From Oscillospiraceae bacterium (GTDB lineage: Bacteria > Bacillota > Clostridia > Oscillospirales > Oscillospiraceae), in assembly GCA_017397565.1 (NCBI GenBank), contig JAFQIL010000027.1:3481-67480 (forward strand): DNA of 64,000 nt. The letters run 5' to 3'. Shown here piece after piece: positions 37,596-48,261 of the stretch. The translations under genes and the position numbers were made by a program. Each line of letters starts with the position of its first letter. Positions within the stretch are counted from its first letter, which is position 1. Below the pieces are notes generated by a model. The model was not told the origin of the DNA. It saw only the letters and a program-made list of their open reading frames with translations, and did not search any database.

Positions 37596-37632
37596 ATAAT
37601 TATCGCGGGTGCTGCGCACCATCACGAAGCGT

Positions 37633-37661
37633 ATTGTAACACTTCTAACGGCTTCTGTCAA
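37633..37661 (-). promoter_or_regulatory. tRNA operon promoter
   Basis: TTGACA-17-TACAAT upstream of the tRNAs. Confidence 0.75.
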
Positions 37662-37705
37662 GCAATTCCTTTGATTTTTTTCTTCAAAGAAAACACCGCC
37701 TGGAA

Positions 37706-37983
37706 AGGCGGGCTCGCATAGGGATTTATACGCTCCAAAGCGGTTCTTTTCCCGCTATACTGCACCAAAAAGCCACGGCAGGCGTCAGCCTTGCCGTGAC
37801 TTTTTATCTTGTCTTGCGGAAAAATCAGCCTCTTTGGAGTGCTTCGCAGTTTTGAAGTTAAGATTTTTTCTCACAAATAATCTCAGAGGACGAAGAAATA
37901 CTGGATGTATTTCTAGGACGATGGATTCTTTGTGGGGAAAAAGATTTCTTCAAAACCGTGTAAATCCCTATGCGAGCCCGCCT
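37706..37983. mobile_element. MITE-like element (278 bp)
   Basis: 27-bp terminal inverted repeats with one mismatch (37706-37732 / 37957-37983); no transposase. Confidence 0.65.
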
Positions 37984-37991
37984 AACGGTGT

Positions 37992-38984
37992 TTATTCCTT
38001 TGTTTGCTCCGCTGCCCGGGAGCTGGGTCTTCTGCGCCGGCGGCGTGAGGATTTCCGGGGTTCCGGATCCGCCTTCTCTGACCGGCGGGCATAGGCCTCC
38101 GCTGCCTCCGAGGTAGCTTCATAGGTCAGCCGGCTGACCCGCACCTTTCCGTCAGGCTGTTCCGAAAGCCGGATGCGGATCAAGAATCCGCCATCTTCCG
38201 GGCAGGTTGCCAGATCCATATACCGGCGCCCCGGCTGGGCAAACCAGCGCTTGCCTGTCAGCTGTCCGCCACACACAGGGCAGATATTTTCTTCTTCTGT
38301 CATGGCACGGATGGCTTCCTGCTTATCCCGATAGTCATAAAACACCTTCCGGGCGATACAGCCGGGAAGCTCTGCTCCATGGAAGCCGTTTTCATGGTTC
38401 TTTAACGCCTGATCATATTCCTCAGCGCCCTTGCGCAAATTAAGCCGGGCGCAGATCAGTGCTGTATGATAGGCATCCCCCAAGGCATCATGGGCAGGTC
38501 TTGTGGCCTCGATCTCAAAGATCTCCATGGCGGTTTTCAACGCCTTTTGGGAATTGGACTGGTCTGTTTGGGCATTGAAGATCATCTGGGCATTATACCA
38601 GCGGCCTGTCCAGTCCTCCGGCAGCTGATACAGCCGCAGATTCTCCCGCAGAATACCAACATCGTCAAAACCCCAGGTCAGGAAAATAACATCTTCGCCG
38701 CACCATTGCCGAAACTGCTCCATGGCTTCCGGAAACGGAATTCCCTCTTCCTTCAGCCGGGCTTCCTTGATACCGGTAAGCTTACTGACCCGGCGGTTCA
38801 AATGCCGGTAAACCTTAGGGCGGATCAATACCTGAAATTCATCCGCCACCTGCTGATCCTCCGTCACACGCACCGCGCCGATCTGAATGATCTCGCCGCG
38901 GATGGCAACCGGCAGAACCTTTTTGGCAGACGGAGAACCGGGCCAGGGCTGATTCCACTCCATATCCAAAACAATATAATCCAT
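37992..38984 (-). CDS. DEDDh 3'-5' exonuclease with C-terminal Cys motifs
   Basis: VLDMEWN, EIIQIGAV, WG.DD and HDALGDA motifs. Confidence 0.85.
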   Translation of the reverse strand: MDYIVLDMEWNQPWPGSPSAKKVLPVAIRGEIIQIGAVRVTEDQQVADEFQVLIRPKVYRHLNRRVSKLTGIKEARLKEEGIPFPEAMEQFRQWCGEDVIFLTWGFDDVGILRENLRLYQLPEDWTGRWYNAQMIFNAQTDQSNSQKALKTAMEIFEIEATRPAHDALGDAYHTALICARLNLRKGAEEYDQALKNHENGFHGAELPGCIARKVFYDYRDKQEAIRAMTEEENICPVCGGQLTGKRWFAQPGRRYMDLATCPEDGGFLIRIRLSEQPDGKVRVSRLTYEATSEAAEAYARRSEKADPEPRKSSRRRRRRPSSRAAEQTKE

Positions 38985-39065
38985 TCACGCAACCTCTGTT
39001 TCCTGTCTTATCTTGTATCATATCACATAAAGACCGTCTGTGTAAACAGCAAGTTGCGAATATCC

Positions 39066-39668
39066 TCACTTTTTCGGAATCAATTTCTTTCTGTCCAGCT
39101 CCCCTTCCTGCCAGCCTACCGGCTTTTCGCATACCGGGCAGGGATCGCAGGCGCGTTTTCCCTCATAGGTGTAGCCGCAGTTTAAGCACCGCCACAGGAT
39201 CGGCTTGTTCTTTTCCGTCAGAGTTCCCGCTTTCATCTGCTCCTGCAAAGACAGAAACGCATTGTGGTGCACCCCCTCGATCCGAGCGATCTGCAGCCAC
39301 AGCCTGGCCGCGTCGTCCTGCCCTTCCCGACGGGCCACTTCCGCAAAGGCGGGGTACGCCTCATCATGCTCATGCCGCTCCCCTTGAGCCGCATAGCCCA
39401 GGTTTTCCAAAGTCGTTCCCAGTCGGAAAGGATAGCCGGCAGCCACATCCAGGTTGTCGCTGCTCCCCCCTAAGCGGCAGAGCATTTCCAAAAACGCCTC
39501 CCCATGCACCGCTTCATTGGCGGCAGTTTCTTCAAAGACCCGGGCGATCCACTCCCAGCCTTCCTTCCGCGCCACCTTGGCATAGACAGTATACCGAGTC
39601 CGTGCCTGGGATTCCCCGGCAAATGACCGGGCAAGATTCATCACGGTTTGATTGGTCGTATTTTCCAT
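39066..39668 (-). CDS. Rubrerythrin family protein
   Basis: FAGESQARTRY, ExxH pairs, C-terminal CLNCG...CPVC. Confidence 0.9.
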   Translation of the reverse strand: MENTTNQTVMNLARSFAGESQARTRYTVYAKVARKEGWEWIARVFEETAANEAVHGEAFLEMLCRLGGSSDNLDVAAGYPFRLGTTLENLGYAAQGERHEHDEAYPAFAEVARREGQDDAARLWLQIARIEGVHHNAFLSLQEQMKAGTLTEKNKPILWRCLNCGYTYEGKRACDPCPVCEKPVGWQEGELDRKKLIPKK

Positions 39669-39764
39669 AGAATAACCTCCTTCTGTACCAAAAGGTTTTC
39701 CGGAAAGTCCCAATTCTATGCAAAAAGAGCGTGTTGCGAAATAACGCAGCACGCCCTTCGTATC

Positions 39765-40703
39765 TTATTTCTTAAACCACACCCGGGGATTGATGACTCG
39801 CGGATCGATACCGGTGAAGGCATCGTGCAGCAGCTTCATCTGCTCATCGGTCAGCTTTACCGTCTGATCAAAGAGCTGGCAGTTGCTTTCCAGCTGGGCA
39901 ACATTATCGCAGCCCAAAACTGTAGTGGTCACGCCGGGGACAGACTGGACAAACGACAGCGCCAGCACCGCCGGAGAAAGACCGAACTCCTTGCAGAAGC
40001 CGCAATACTTTTCCAAGTAAGGCAGGCAGAAATCAAGCCGGGGATCCAGGCTTTCCGGGGTATGGAACACCAAGCCCTGCAAGAACACGCTGCGGACAAA
40101 GACCATCATACCGGACTTTTCCAGCTTTTCCATCTCACCGTCATTGATCTTGACCCAATCAAAAACATTCATAGGAATTTGGGTAGCATCGAAGCCGGAG
40201 TCGGCAATTACACCGTAGTCATGCTCAGAGTAGGCAGAAATGGCACTGTAGCGGTAAGCCTTCTGTGCTTTCAGTTCTTCAAAGACCTTGCGGACATTGT
40301 CCCGGTCATCGGCATAATCTTCATAGTTGTGCAGCATCAGGCAGTCGATGGTATCCACACCCAGAGTCTTCTGACATCCCTCGGTCTGCCGCAAAATATC
40401 GTCCCGGACGATATCGAAAGAACCGTGCTTCAGCGGGCCGATCTTGGTCACCACCCAGGGACATTTCTTGCCCTCAGCCTTGCGCTTTTGCAGCCAGCGT
40501 CCAATGACCGCCTCGGAATCGCCGTAATTATTGGCGGTATCCAAATTATCTACGCCCAGCTCCATAGCCCGGTCCAGCAGCGCAAAGGCCTTTTCCTCAG
40601 AGGGCTTTGCCCGGTCTTCGCCGATGCCGTAGTTCATACCCAGCTGGACTGTTCCCAAAGAGAACATGGACAGCTTCTGCTCTTTTGCGGTGATGTACTT
40701 CAT
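39765..40703 (-). CDS. Aldo/keto reductase
   Basis: LGTVQLG, DTANNYGDSE, TK and LH motifs. Confidence 0.9.
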   Translation of the reverse strand: MKYITAKEQKLSMFSLGTVQLGMNYGIGEDRAKPSEEKAFALLDRAMELGVDNLDTANNYGDSEAVIGRWLQKRKAEGKKCPWVVTKIGPLKHGSFDIVRDDILRQTEGCQKTLGVDTIDCLMLHNYEDYADDRDNVRKVFEELKAQKAYRYSAISAYSEHDYGVIADSGFDATQIPMNVFDWVKINDGEMEKLEKSGMMVFVRSVFLQGLVFHTPESLDPRLDFCLPYLEKYCGFCKEFGLSPAVLALSFVQSVPGVTTTVLGCDNVAQLESNCQLFDQTVKLTDEQMKLLHDAFTGIDPRVINPRVWFKK

Positions 40704-40721
40704 AACATTGCTTCCTTTCTT

Positions 40722-41723
40722 TTATGCGTACTGCTCATACAGCTTCAAAACCTCTTCGGCAGTCTTTACACCGTCAGAGGCATTTACTTCTCTTAAAGAG
40801 GCCGCGGCGGCGCAGGCGCCCATTTTCAGAGCCTGCTCCATATTCATACCGGTCTCAGCAGCATACAGGATGCCGGCGCAGAAGGCATCTCCGGCACCGA
40901 CGGTGCCCTTGATCCAGCCCTTGGGCAGCTTCAGACTGGGGACCTCCCAATACTGACCGTTTTCGTCGATTCCGCAGCCAACCTCGGGACAGTGGATCAC
41001 CGCCCAGGTAGATACACCCAGCTCCTTCAGCTTTTCCAGGGCCTTTGGCATATTCTCGATATGTAAGGTACCATTCTCGTCCCGGAGCAACACACCGGTG
41101 GTCTGCTGAGCTTCCAGCTCGTTGATCACGCAGTAATCGGCATACTTCAGTGCCGGGGTCACCAGCTTCACAAAACGGTCACCGGTTTCGGAAACCACAT
41201 CGATGGAGGTCTTCATGCCGGCCTGTTGGGCCTTGTGCAAAAGCCGGGCCATTTTGGTGCCGTATTCATCATCCGGTGCATCCAAAGCAGGCAGCAGCAG
41301 AATATAACCAATGTGGAAAATATTCACATTCAACTTGTCAAGATCAATATGGTCTTCACAGTAATGAGCATTAGCGCCGGCATGCTGGAAGAAGGTACGC
41401 TCCTTGGTCTGATTGTTGCTCATAACCACAGTAAAGGAAGTGCGTCCGTTGCGCATAACCTGTGACAAATCAATGTTGGGATACTGCTGCAGCTGCTCCA
41501 GCATGTAATCCCCTTCTGCGTCGAAGCCCGCAAAGCCGGAGGCCACCAAAGGCATATCCGGTGCCAGCTTTGCCAGATCCGTAATGGTATTACAGACAGA
41601 GCCGCCGGTGGAGTTCTGAATTCCCTCGGTGATATGGGTCAATTCATTTTGTTTCGGCCAGGTCTCGATGGGATACGTAATATCCACGATCATATTTCCT
41701 GCGCAGCAAATTCCTTTTCTCAT
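40722..41723 (-). CDS. PfkB-family carbohydrate kinase
   Basis: GGS..N, NELE and GAGDAF motifs. Confidence 0.9.
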   Translation of the reverse strand: MRKGICCAGNMIVDITYPIETWPKQNELTHITEGIQNSTGGSVCNTITDLAKLAPDMPLVASGFAGFDAEGDYMLEQLQQYPNIDLSQVMRNGRTSFTVVMSNNQTKERTFFQHAGANAHYCEDHIDLDKLNVNIFHIGYILLLPALDAPDDEYGTKMARLLHKAQQAGMKTSIDVVSETGDRFVKLVTPALKYADYCVINELEAQQTTGVLLRDENGTLHIENMPKALEKLKELGVSTWAVIHCPEVGCGIDENGQYWEVPSLKLPKGWIKGTVGAGDAFCAGILYAAETGMNMEQALKMGACAAAASLREVNASDGVKTAEEVLKLYEQYA

Positions 41724-41941
41724 GTGTTTTCCTCCGTTTCAAATCGGGTTTGCTTTTTCATTTTATCATATTCTGGCAAATATACAACCCAAAAATAGCA
41801 AAAAGTGTTTTCCCATCGTGCTTAAAATTTATCATTTCGTACACAGAAATAATCAACCCTTGCTTTTTCCCGGGCCTGGCAGTATAATGTAGGGGAACAA
41901 ATTGCGCATATCTGCCACACAGAGGACAAGGAGGGGATATC

Positions 41942-42823
41942 ATGGCATTTGAACTGACCCCGGTTCAAAAAGAAATTGAAATCACAGGCTTTCATGCCAT
42001 TTACTATCTGGAATTTGATATTGATTTCTACCATCCCCCGGAGAGCCATGATTTTTGGGAACTGGTATATGTAGACTACGGCACCATTGATGCGATTGTA
42101 GACGGTGTTGGCTGCTCTTTGTCCTCCGGACAGGTGATCTTCCACCAGCCTACGGAACCCCATTCCCACATCGGCAACGGGCACGATGCCGGCAACGTGG
42201 TGGTCATCAGCTTTTCCTGCGACAGCCCTGTGATGTCTTTTTTCAACCGCAAGATCTTCTCCCTGCAGAAAAACTCCCAAAAGGTTCTGTCTCTGTTTTT
42301 GGCAGAGGCCGCCAACGCCTTGGGGCAGATCTGTCGGGACTACAGTGACACCTCCCCTCTGGATTTTTCCAATGCCCCTCTGGGCTCTACCCAGCTGATG
42401 CAGGGATACCTGACAGAGTTTTTGTTTTCCCTCATCCGTAACAGCAGCACCACCGCCGTTACTCCTTTGGAGGCCACCCAAGACGCCCGGCAGCTGGCAG
42501 AAAGCTCCTTGGTAAACTCCATCATTTATTTTATTCAGGATAATTTGGACAAGCCCCCTTCCCTGGCCTTGCTTTGCTCCCATTTTTCCGTAGGTCGCAC
42601 CTATCTGTCCCGTATTTTTAAGGAAGCCACCGGAAACAGCCCGGTAAATTTCTGGATAGGCGCCAAAATGAAGGAAGCCAAAAAGCTGATCCGGGAAGGA
42701 AACTTAAATGTAACCCAAATTTCCGAAGCCCTTGGCTTTGCCGGTATACACCATTTCACCCGGATGTTCAAGCGCATCACGGGCATGTCCCCCACCGCTT
42801 ATAAAAACACCGTTGTCCGATAG
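41942..42823 (+). CDS. AraC-family regulator
   Basis: Cupin N-terminus (ESHDFWELVYVD) and AraC double HTH. Confidence 0.92.
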   Translation: MAFELTPVQKEIEITGFHAIYYLEFDIDFYHPPESHDFWELVYVDYGTIDAIVDGVGCSLSSGQVIFHQPTEPHSHIGNGHDAGNVVVISFSCDSPVMSFFNRKIFSLQKNSQKVLSLFLAEAANALGQICRDYSDTSPLDFSNAPLGSTQLMQGYLTEFLFSLIRNSSTTAVTPLEATQDARQLAESSLVNSIIYFIQDNLDKPPSLALLCSHFSVGRTYLSRIFKEATGNSPVNFWIGAKMKEAKKLIREGNLNVTQISEALGFAGIHHFTRMFKRITGMSPTAYKNTVVR

Positions 42824-42992
42824 AAAAAAATCCGGGGATATCCCCCGGTTTTTTTCGTCTTTCTTCTCCCTCTAAGACTTGACTTATGTATCCAGAAAAT
42901 GTATACTGAACCTGTATAAAAAATATGCTTTGCCCTTCTTTTTCAAGATTGGACAAGCAACCAAATTTGAAACAAAAAAGGAGATACTCAAA

Positions 42993-43880
42993 ATGAAATT
43001 TGGATTTGTACCTGCTCTGGGCACCCCCCTGGACGAAAACGGCAACCTGATTGTAGAAAGCTACAAGAAGCAAGTTAATGACATGATCGACCGCGGTGCT
43101 TCCGGTCTGCTGTCCATGGGCTCCATGGGTATTCAGGCTTTCCTGAAGATGGAAGTTTGCCCTCAGGTCGCTAAGGCTGCTGTGGAAGCTGCTGCCGGCC
43201 GCGTTCCCGTATTTGTAGGTGCTATGGCCTGCTCCATCGCTCAGGCTAAGCAGCGTATGGCTGCTATGGAGGATCTGGACATCACCGCTTTTGTGTTTAC
43301 CACTCCTTACTATCATTCCTGCAATCCTGCTCAGATCATCAACTACTTCAAGAATGTTGCTGCCGCTACCAAGCACGGCATCCTGATGTACGATCTGCCC
43401 GGTGTTACCAACTCCAAGATCACTTATAATATTGTTAAGACCCTGATCAAGGAAGTCCCCAACCTGATGGGTATCAAGTCCGCTGACATCAAGCTGTTCC
43501 GCACCCTGAAGCTGGATCCCGAGGTTCCCGAAGACTTTATTATGGTTTACTCCGGTCTGGACACCTTTGATGTTGCCTATAAGTGGGGCATCGACAAGTG
43601 CCTGGACGGCATGCTGCCTGTGACTCCCGCCAACACCCAAGGTCTGTTCACCGCTATGGCTGAGGGCGATTACGCCAAGGCTGCCAAGCACCTGGACAAC
43701 ATCGTAGGCCTGCGCGACCTGATGGCCGGCTGCGACCTGTGGCCCTCTTTCTCCAAGGGCATGAACCTGCTGGGTTACGAAGGCAACTTCTTCCCCGACT
43801 ATGTGCTGCCCTTCAATGAGGCAAACCTGGAGAAGCTGCGTGAGAAGATGATCAGCATCGGTGAACCTGTGGTTGGCTAA
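42993..43880 (+). CDS. DHDPS/NanA-family aldolase
   Basis: GSMG, TPYY, YDLP (Tyr) and GIKS (Schiff-base Lys). Confidence 0.88.
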   Translation: MKFGFVPALGTPLDENGNLIVESYKKQVNDMIDRGASGLLSMGSMGIQAFLKMEVCPQVAKAAVEAAAGRVPVFVGAMACSIAQAKQRMAAMEDLDITAFVFTTPYYHSCNPAQIINYFKNVAAATKHGILMYDLPGVTNSKITYNIVKTLIKEVPNLMGIKSADIKLFRTLKLDPEVPEDFIMVYSGLDTFDVAYKWGIDKCLDGMLPVTPANTQGLFTAMAEGDYAKAAKHLDNIVGLRDLMAGCDLWPSFSKGMNLLGYEGNFFPDYVLPFNEANLEKLREKMISIGEPVVG

Positions 43881-43898
43881 TAGCCGGAGGAACTTACT

Positions 43899-44699
43899 GT
43901 GAGAAATGCAAGAGACTTATTTGACCTGACCGGTCGGATCGCCATCGTCACCGGCGGTCGTGGTCTTTACGGTGCTTCCATCACCATCGGTCTTTGTGAA
44001 ATGGGCGCTACCGTGGTCATTGCTTCCCGCAATGCCGCCAAGTGCGAGGAGCTGGCTTCCGAACTGCGGGAGCAGGGCTATCAGGCTTACGGCATGGCAT
44101 TGGATCTCAGCGACGACGAATCCATCAAGGCCCTGGCTAAGAATGTTTACGACCGTTTCGGTAAGATCGATATTCTGGTCAACAATGCTGTGGATCGCCG
44201 CAATCTGACCTCTTTGGCAGATGCCACCCGGGAAAAGCTGCAGGATTCTGCCAGCACCAACCTCAACGGTCAGATCCTGCTGAGCCAGGCTGTTTTGGAG
44301 TACATGATCCCCGCCGAAAGCGGTTCTATCATCAACATCAGCTCCATGCGCGGTCTGGACTGCCCCCACTTCCCCTTCTATCCGGAGACCTGGGGCGATC
44401 AGCCTGTCAACTACACCACCGAAAAGTGGGCCATGGTTGGTCTGACCAAGTATATGGCCGGCCGCTACGGCAAGCATGGCATCCGGGTCAACTGTATTGC
44501 CCCCGGCGGCTTCAGCCCCGGACTGGCCAACAACCCCGCCAAGCAGGCATTTATCAACAACTACATCGAAAACTGCCCCCTGCATCGCTGGGCCAGTGAC
44601 GATGACATTAAGGGTCCCGTAGCATTTTTGGCCAGCGACGCATCCGGCTATGTCACCGGTGCTACCTTGGTCATGGATGGCGGCTGGACCATTTGGTAA
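43899..44699 (+). CDS. SDR-family oxidoreductase
   Basis: TGGRGLYG, NNA, YTTEK and DGGW motifs. Confidence 0.9.
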   Translation: MRNARDLFDLTGRIAIVTGGRGLYGASITIGLCEMGATVVIASRNAAKCEELASELREQGYQAYGMALDLSDDESIKALAKNVYDRFGKIDILVNNAVDRRNLTSLADATREKLQDSASTNLNGQILLSQAVLEYMIPAESGSIINISSMRGLDCPHFPFYPETWGDQPVNYTTEKWAMVGLTKYMAGRYGKHGIRVNCIAPGGFSPGLANNPAKQAFINNYIENCPLHRWASDDDIKGPVAFLASDASGYVTGATLVMDGGWTIW

Positions 44700-44711
44700 G
44701 GAGGAAATAGC

Positions 44712-45644
44712 ATGATTTCCTGTAAGGACTTTATCCCTGTTTACAGTGAGATCTTCTGCTACCTGGAGTCTCATTTTGGCCGTCAGGAAGTGGATAACTA
44801 CTGGGACGCCATTTTTAAGGTAAACGCCAATAAGAAAAGTCCCCTGCTGATCTGTCTGGAAAAGGAAGGCCTCAAGGGCTGCTTTACCTATTGGAACGGC
44901 ACCTTGAATGAAGAAGCCGCCCATTTTTCCATGTACTTAAACGAGAAGCGTGGTTTCTTTATCATTGATATGCACCGCTGCCCCTCCAAGGGCCGTCTTG
45001 TGGATCTGCAAGCACAGGTTGGCTTAAAGCCCTACCCCGATTATTGCCTGCATTGCGACGGTTACCGCAGCGCCTGTAACGCTGTGGGTTTGGAGTACAT
45101 TTACAACTTCCAAAACATGGACAAGGCCGGCTGCTCTATCCTCATCTACGATCCCAAGATCTTTGACGGACGGGTTATCATGGATGAAAATACGCAGATC
45201 ATGCACCGCAACGCTTCCGACAACGAGTATTACCACCCCAGCTTCCACAAGAGCTTAAACCAGGGTCTGCACTATGTGGGCGAAACCCATGGAGAAGCCG
45301 GTATTTTGGAGGTTCTGTCCAACTATGTCCAGCGGGTGGTCAAGCCTCTGATGGGTGAGGTATCCCTCGCCTCCATCGAAAAAATGATCCAAGAGGATTA
45401 CGCCAAAGAAAAGTCCTCCGATCTCGTCACTACCAAGCTGACCGAGAACGGTCTGACGGTTTCTGTGGTCTCCTGCCCCGCTGAAAAGTACATGCGGGAG
45501 AACGGTTACGTTGTTTCCCCCTGGTATCGCTACGCCACCACCGGCGTTATGGATGAGCTGGCTAAGCTGGCCGACTGCACCTTCGTTATGGATTCCTATG
45601 ACGAGCAGACCGGCGGGGCTAAGTATCACTTCACAAAGAATTAA
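44712..45644 (+). CDS. Hypothetical protein with internal duplication
   Basis: 310-aa ORF with strong RBS inside the operon. Confidence 0.7.
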   Translation: MISCKDFIPVYSEIFCYLESHFGRQEVDNYWDAIFKVNANKKSPLLICLEKEGLKGCFTYWNGTLNEEAAHFSMYLNEKRGFFIIDMHRCPSKGRLVDLQAQVGLKPYPDYCLHCDGYRSACNAVGLEYIYNFQNMDKAGCSILIYDPKIFDGRVIMDENTQIMHRNASDNEYYHPSFHKSLNQGLHYVGETHGEAGILEVLSNYVQRVVKPLMGEVSLASIEKMIQEDYAKEKSSDLVTTKLTENGLTVSVVSCPAEKYMRENGYVVSPWYRYATTGVMDELAKLADCTFVMDSYDEQTGGAKYHFTKN

Positions 45645-45653
45645 GAGGTCGTT

Positions 45654-47084
45654 ATGTCTGTTTACCTAGCTATCGATCTGGGTACCACCGGCTGCCGCAG
45701 CATTTTGTTTGACACCAAGCTGCGGCAGCTTGGTGTTGCTTATGAAGAATACGGACTGATCACCCCCCGGGAAAACTGGGTGGAACAGGATGCCGAGCTT
45801 TGGTGGGAGCTGACCCTGCGTACAGCGGAAAAAGCCATTGCTCAGGCCGGCATCGATGCCAAAACCATTGATGGTATCAGTATCAGTTCCCAAGGCATCA
45901 CCATTGTACCCGTGGATGAAACAGGAAAGCCGCTGTGCAATGCCTTAAGCTGGCTGGATGTCCGGGCTGAGGAGGAAACTGCCCAGCTGGAAGCCGATTG
46001 GGGTAACACCTTCCTGTTTGCCCACACCGGCAAGCCCATCAACGCTTGCTATACCCTGCCAAAAATGCTGTGGCTGATGAAAAATCAGCCAGAACTCAGC
46101 CAGAAGGCATGGAAATTCCTCATGCCTATGGATTATTTGATCGGAAAATTCACCGGCAACTTCGTTACGGACCATTCCATGGCCTCCGGCACTTTGATGT
46201 ATGACATCAAGAATTGTTGCTGGAGCCAGCAGGTACTGGAACGTTATGGCATTGATGAAAGCAAGCTGCCCCAGATCCTGTGGAGCGGCGAAAGTGCCGG
46301 TACTGTGCTGCCTGAGGTGGCGCAGAAGCTGGGGCTTCGCTCTGACTGTGTGGTTGCCGTGGGTGCGCAGGATCAAAAGTGTGCCTCCTTGGGCGCAGGT
46401 CTTTGCGATGGCACCATGACCGTTTCTTTGGGCACAGCCGCAGCCATTATCAAGCTGTGGAACAGCCCGGAAACCGAAACCTTCACCAAGGTCGGTTGGT
46501 GCGGCAATGTCAAAAAAGGCACTTGGGTCACCGAAGGTGTCATCAATACCGCCGGTACCTGCCTGCGGTGGGTGCGGGATCTGATGTTCCCCGGTGAAAG
46601 CTACGACACCATCAACAAAGAAGCCCAGGCTGCCCGGGATGCCGGCAACCGGGTGGTGTTCTACCCCTACCTCAACGGTCCTTCCGGCCCGGATTTCTAT
46701 CCCGATGCCCAGGGCTGCTTCTACGGTGTAGACTTAGCCGCCAAGCGGGGCAACTTCGCCCTGGCTGTCATGGAAGGCGTTGCCTATCAGCTGCGGATCA
46801 TGCTGGAAGCCATGGATGCCTACGGCAATGTTGACAAGCTGATTTTCTTTGGCGGCGGTGCCAACAGTCCGTTGTGGTGTCAGCTGATCGCGGACATCAC
46901 CGGCATGGATATTTCTGTAACTGCCAACCCCGAAGCTGCCGGTGCCGGTGCTGCCATGCTGGCTGCCCAGGCTGCCGGTGTGCAGCTGGAGCCTCTGACC
47001 ATCGGACAGGTTTACAAGAGCGCAGGCGGTTACGAAGAAAAATATCAGCATTACAGAGCCTTGGAATATAGGCTTTGGAAATAA
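45654..47084 (+). CDS. FGGY-family sugar kinase
   Basis: IDLGTTG, W.D.RA, DQ, SLGT and GGGANS motifs. Confidence 0.92.
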   Translation: MSVYLAIDLGTTGCRSILFDTKLRQLGVAYEEYGLITPRENWVEQDAELWWELTLRTAEKAIAQAGIDAKTIDGISISSQGITIVPVDETGKPLCNALSWLDVRAEEETAQLEADWGNTFLFAHTGKPINACYTLPKMLWLMKNQPELSQKAWKFLMPMDYLIGKFTGNFVTDHSMASGTLMYDIKNCCWSQQVLERYGIDESKLPQILWSGESAGTVLPEVAQKLGLRSDCVVAVGAQDQKCASLGAGLCDGTMTVSLGTAAAIIKLWNSPETETFTKVGWCGNVKKGTWVTEGVINTAGTCLRWVRDLMFPGESYDTINKEAQAARDAGNRVVFYPYLNGPSGPDFYPDAQGCFYGVDLAAKRGNFALAVMEGVAYQLRIMLEAMDAYGNVDKLIFFGGGANSPLWCQLIADITGMDISVTANPEAAGAGAAMLAAQAAGVQLEPLTIGQVYKSAGGYEEKYQHYRALEYRLWK

Positions 47085-47094
47085 GAGGTGCAGC

Positions 47095-48246
47095 ATGATT
47101 TGTATCGAAAACGCCAAAGTGGTGCTGGAAAACGGAATTTTTTGGGATGGCATCGTTTTAGTGGAGGAAGATCGCATCGTCTCCGTTGGAAAACGGGGGG
47201 AAGTGGAGATTCCCGAAGGTGCTCAGCGTATTGACGCAGAAAGTGCTTATGTAGGTCCCGGCTTTGTGGATATCCATGTCCACGGTGGCGGCGGTCATAT
47301 GTTCTGGCAAGAGCCCGAACAGGCGGCGGCACATTTTCTGCGTCGTGGCACTACCAGCATCTTCCCTACATTGTACCACTCTTTGGACAAGCAGACTTAC
47401 TTGGAGTCCATCGAGAGGGTCAAAGCCACCATGGGCCCTGACAGTCCCATCCGGGGTTTTTATATGGAAGGTCCTTACATGAACCCGGATTTCGGCGCCA
47501 GCAAAAAGTATAACAAGTGGCTGGGAGAGATCCTCCCGGAAGCTTACAAAGAAGTTGTGGACGAGGCCGGTTCTCTGGTAAAGGTTTGGGTAGTGGCTCC
47601 CGAACGGGAAGGCATCGAAGGCTTTGTGCAGTATGCCAAATCCGTAAACCCCGATGTGATCTTTTCCGTCGGTCACAGCCGGGCTACCCCGGAGCAGATC
47701 CGCAAGCTGAAAAAGTACGGTCTAAACCATCTAACCCACTGTATGGATGCCACCGGTCGGGTCAGTGCCTGGGCTGGCACCCGGGGCGCAGGTCCCGATG
47801 AAGCCTGCTTCCTGGATCCGGATATGTACGCGGAGCTGATCTGCGATTCCGGTGCCGTTCATGTCAATCCCGAGCTGCAGCGGCTGATTCTGAGAAACAA
47901 AGGTATCGACAAGGTTGTTCTGATTTCCGACTGTTCCGGCCGTAAAGAGGGTGAAAACCCCGCTCCGGAGGGTCTGCGTCACATGACCGATCTGAGCTTT
48001 GACGATCAGGGCAATCTGGGCGGCAGCCGCCTGTCTATGGATATGGCTTGCCGCAATATCATGACCCACACAAACTGCGGCATTGCCCAGGCCTTTTTGA
48101 TGGCTTCCCGCAATCCCGCCCGGTCCATCGGTATGGACGACGAGATCGGCACCATTGAAGCCGGCAAGCGGGCAGATCTGGTGTTTGTGGACGATATGTT
48201 CCATGTACAAAAAGTTATGCTGTCAGGTAAACTGCAGCAGTTATAA
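47095..48246 (+). CDS. N-acetylhexosamine-phosphate deacetylase-like (NagA family)
   Basis: PGFVDIHVHG, EGPY, APE, GHS and NPA motifs. Confidence 0.85.
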   Translation: MICIENAKVVLENGIFWDGIVLVEEDRIVSVGKRGEVEIPEGAQRIDAESAYVGPGFVDIHVHGGGGHMFWQEPEQAAAHFLRRGTTSIFPTLYHSLDKQTYLESIERVKATMGPDSPIRGFYMEGPYMNPDFGASKKYNKWLGEILPEAYKEVVDEAGSLVKVWVVAPEREGIEGFVQYAKSVNPDVIFSVGHSRATPEQIRKLKKYGLNHLTHCMDATGRVSAWAGTRGAGPDEACFLDPDMYAELICDSGAVHVNPELQRLILRNKGIDKVVLISDCSGRKEGENPAPEGLRHMTDLSFDDQGNLGGSRLSMDMACRNIMTHTNCGIAQAFLMASRNPARSIGMDDEIGTIEAGKRADLVFVDDMFHVQKVMLSGKLQQL

Positions 48247-48261
48247 AAGGAGGAATTCATT

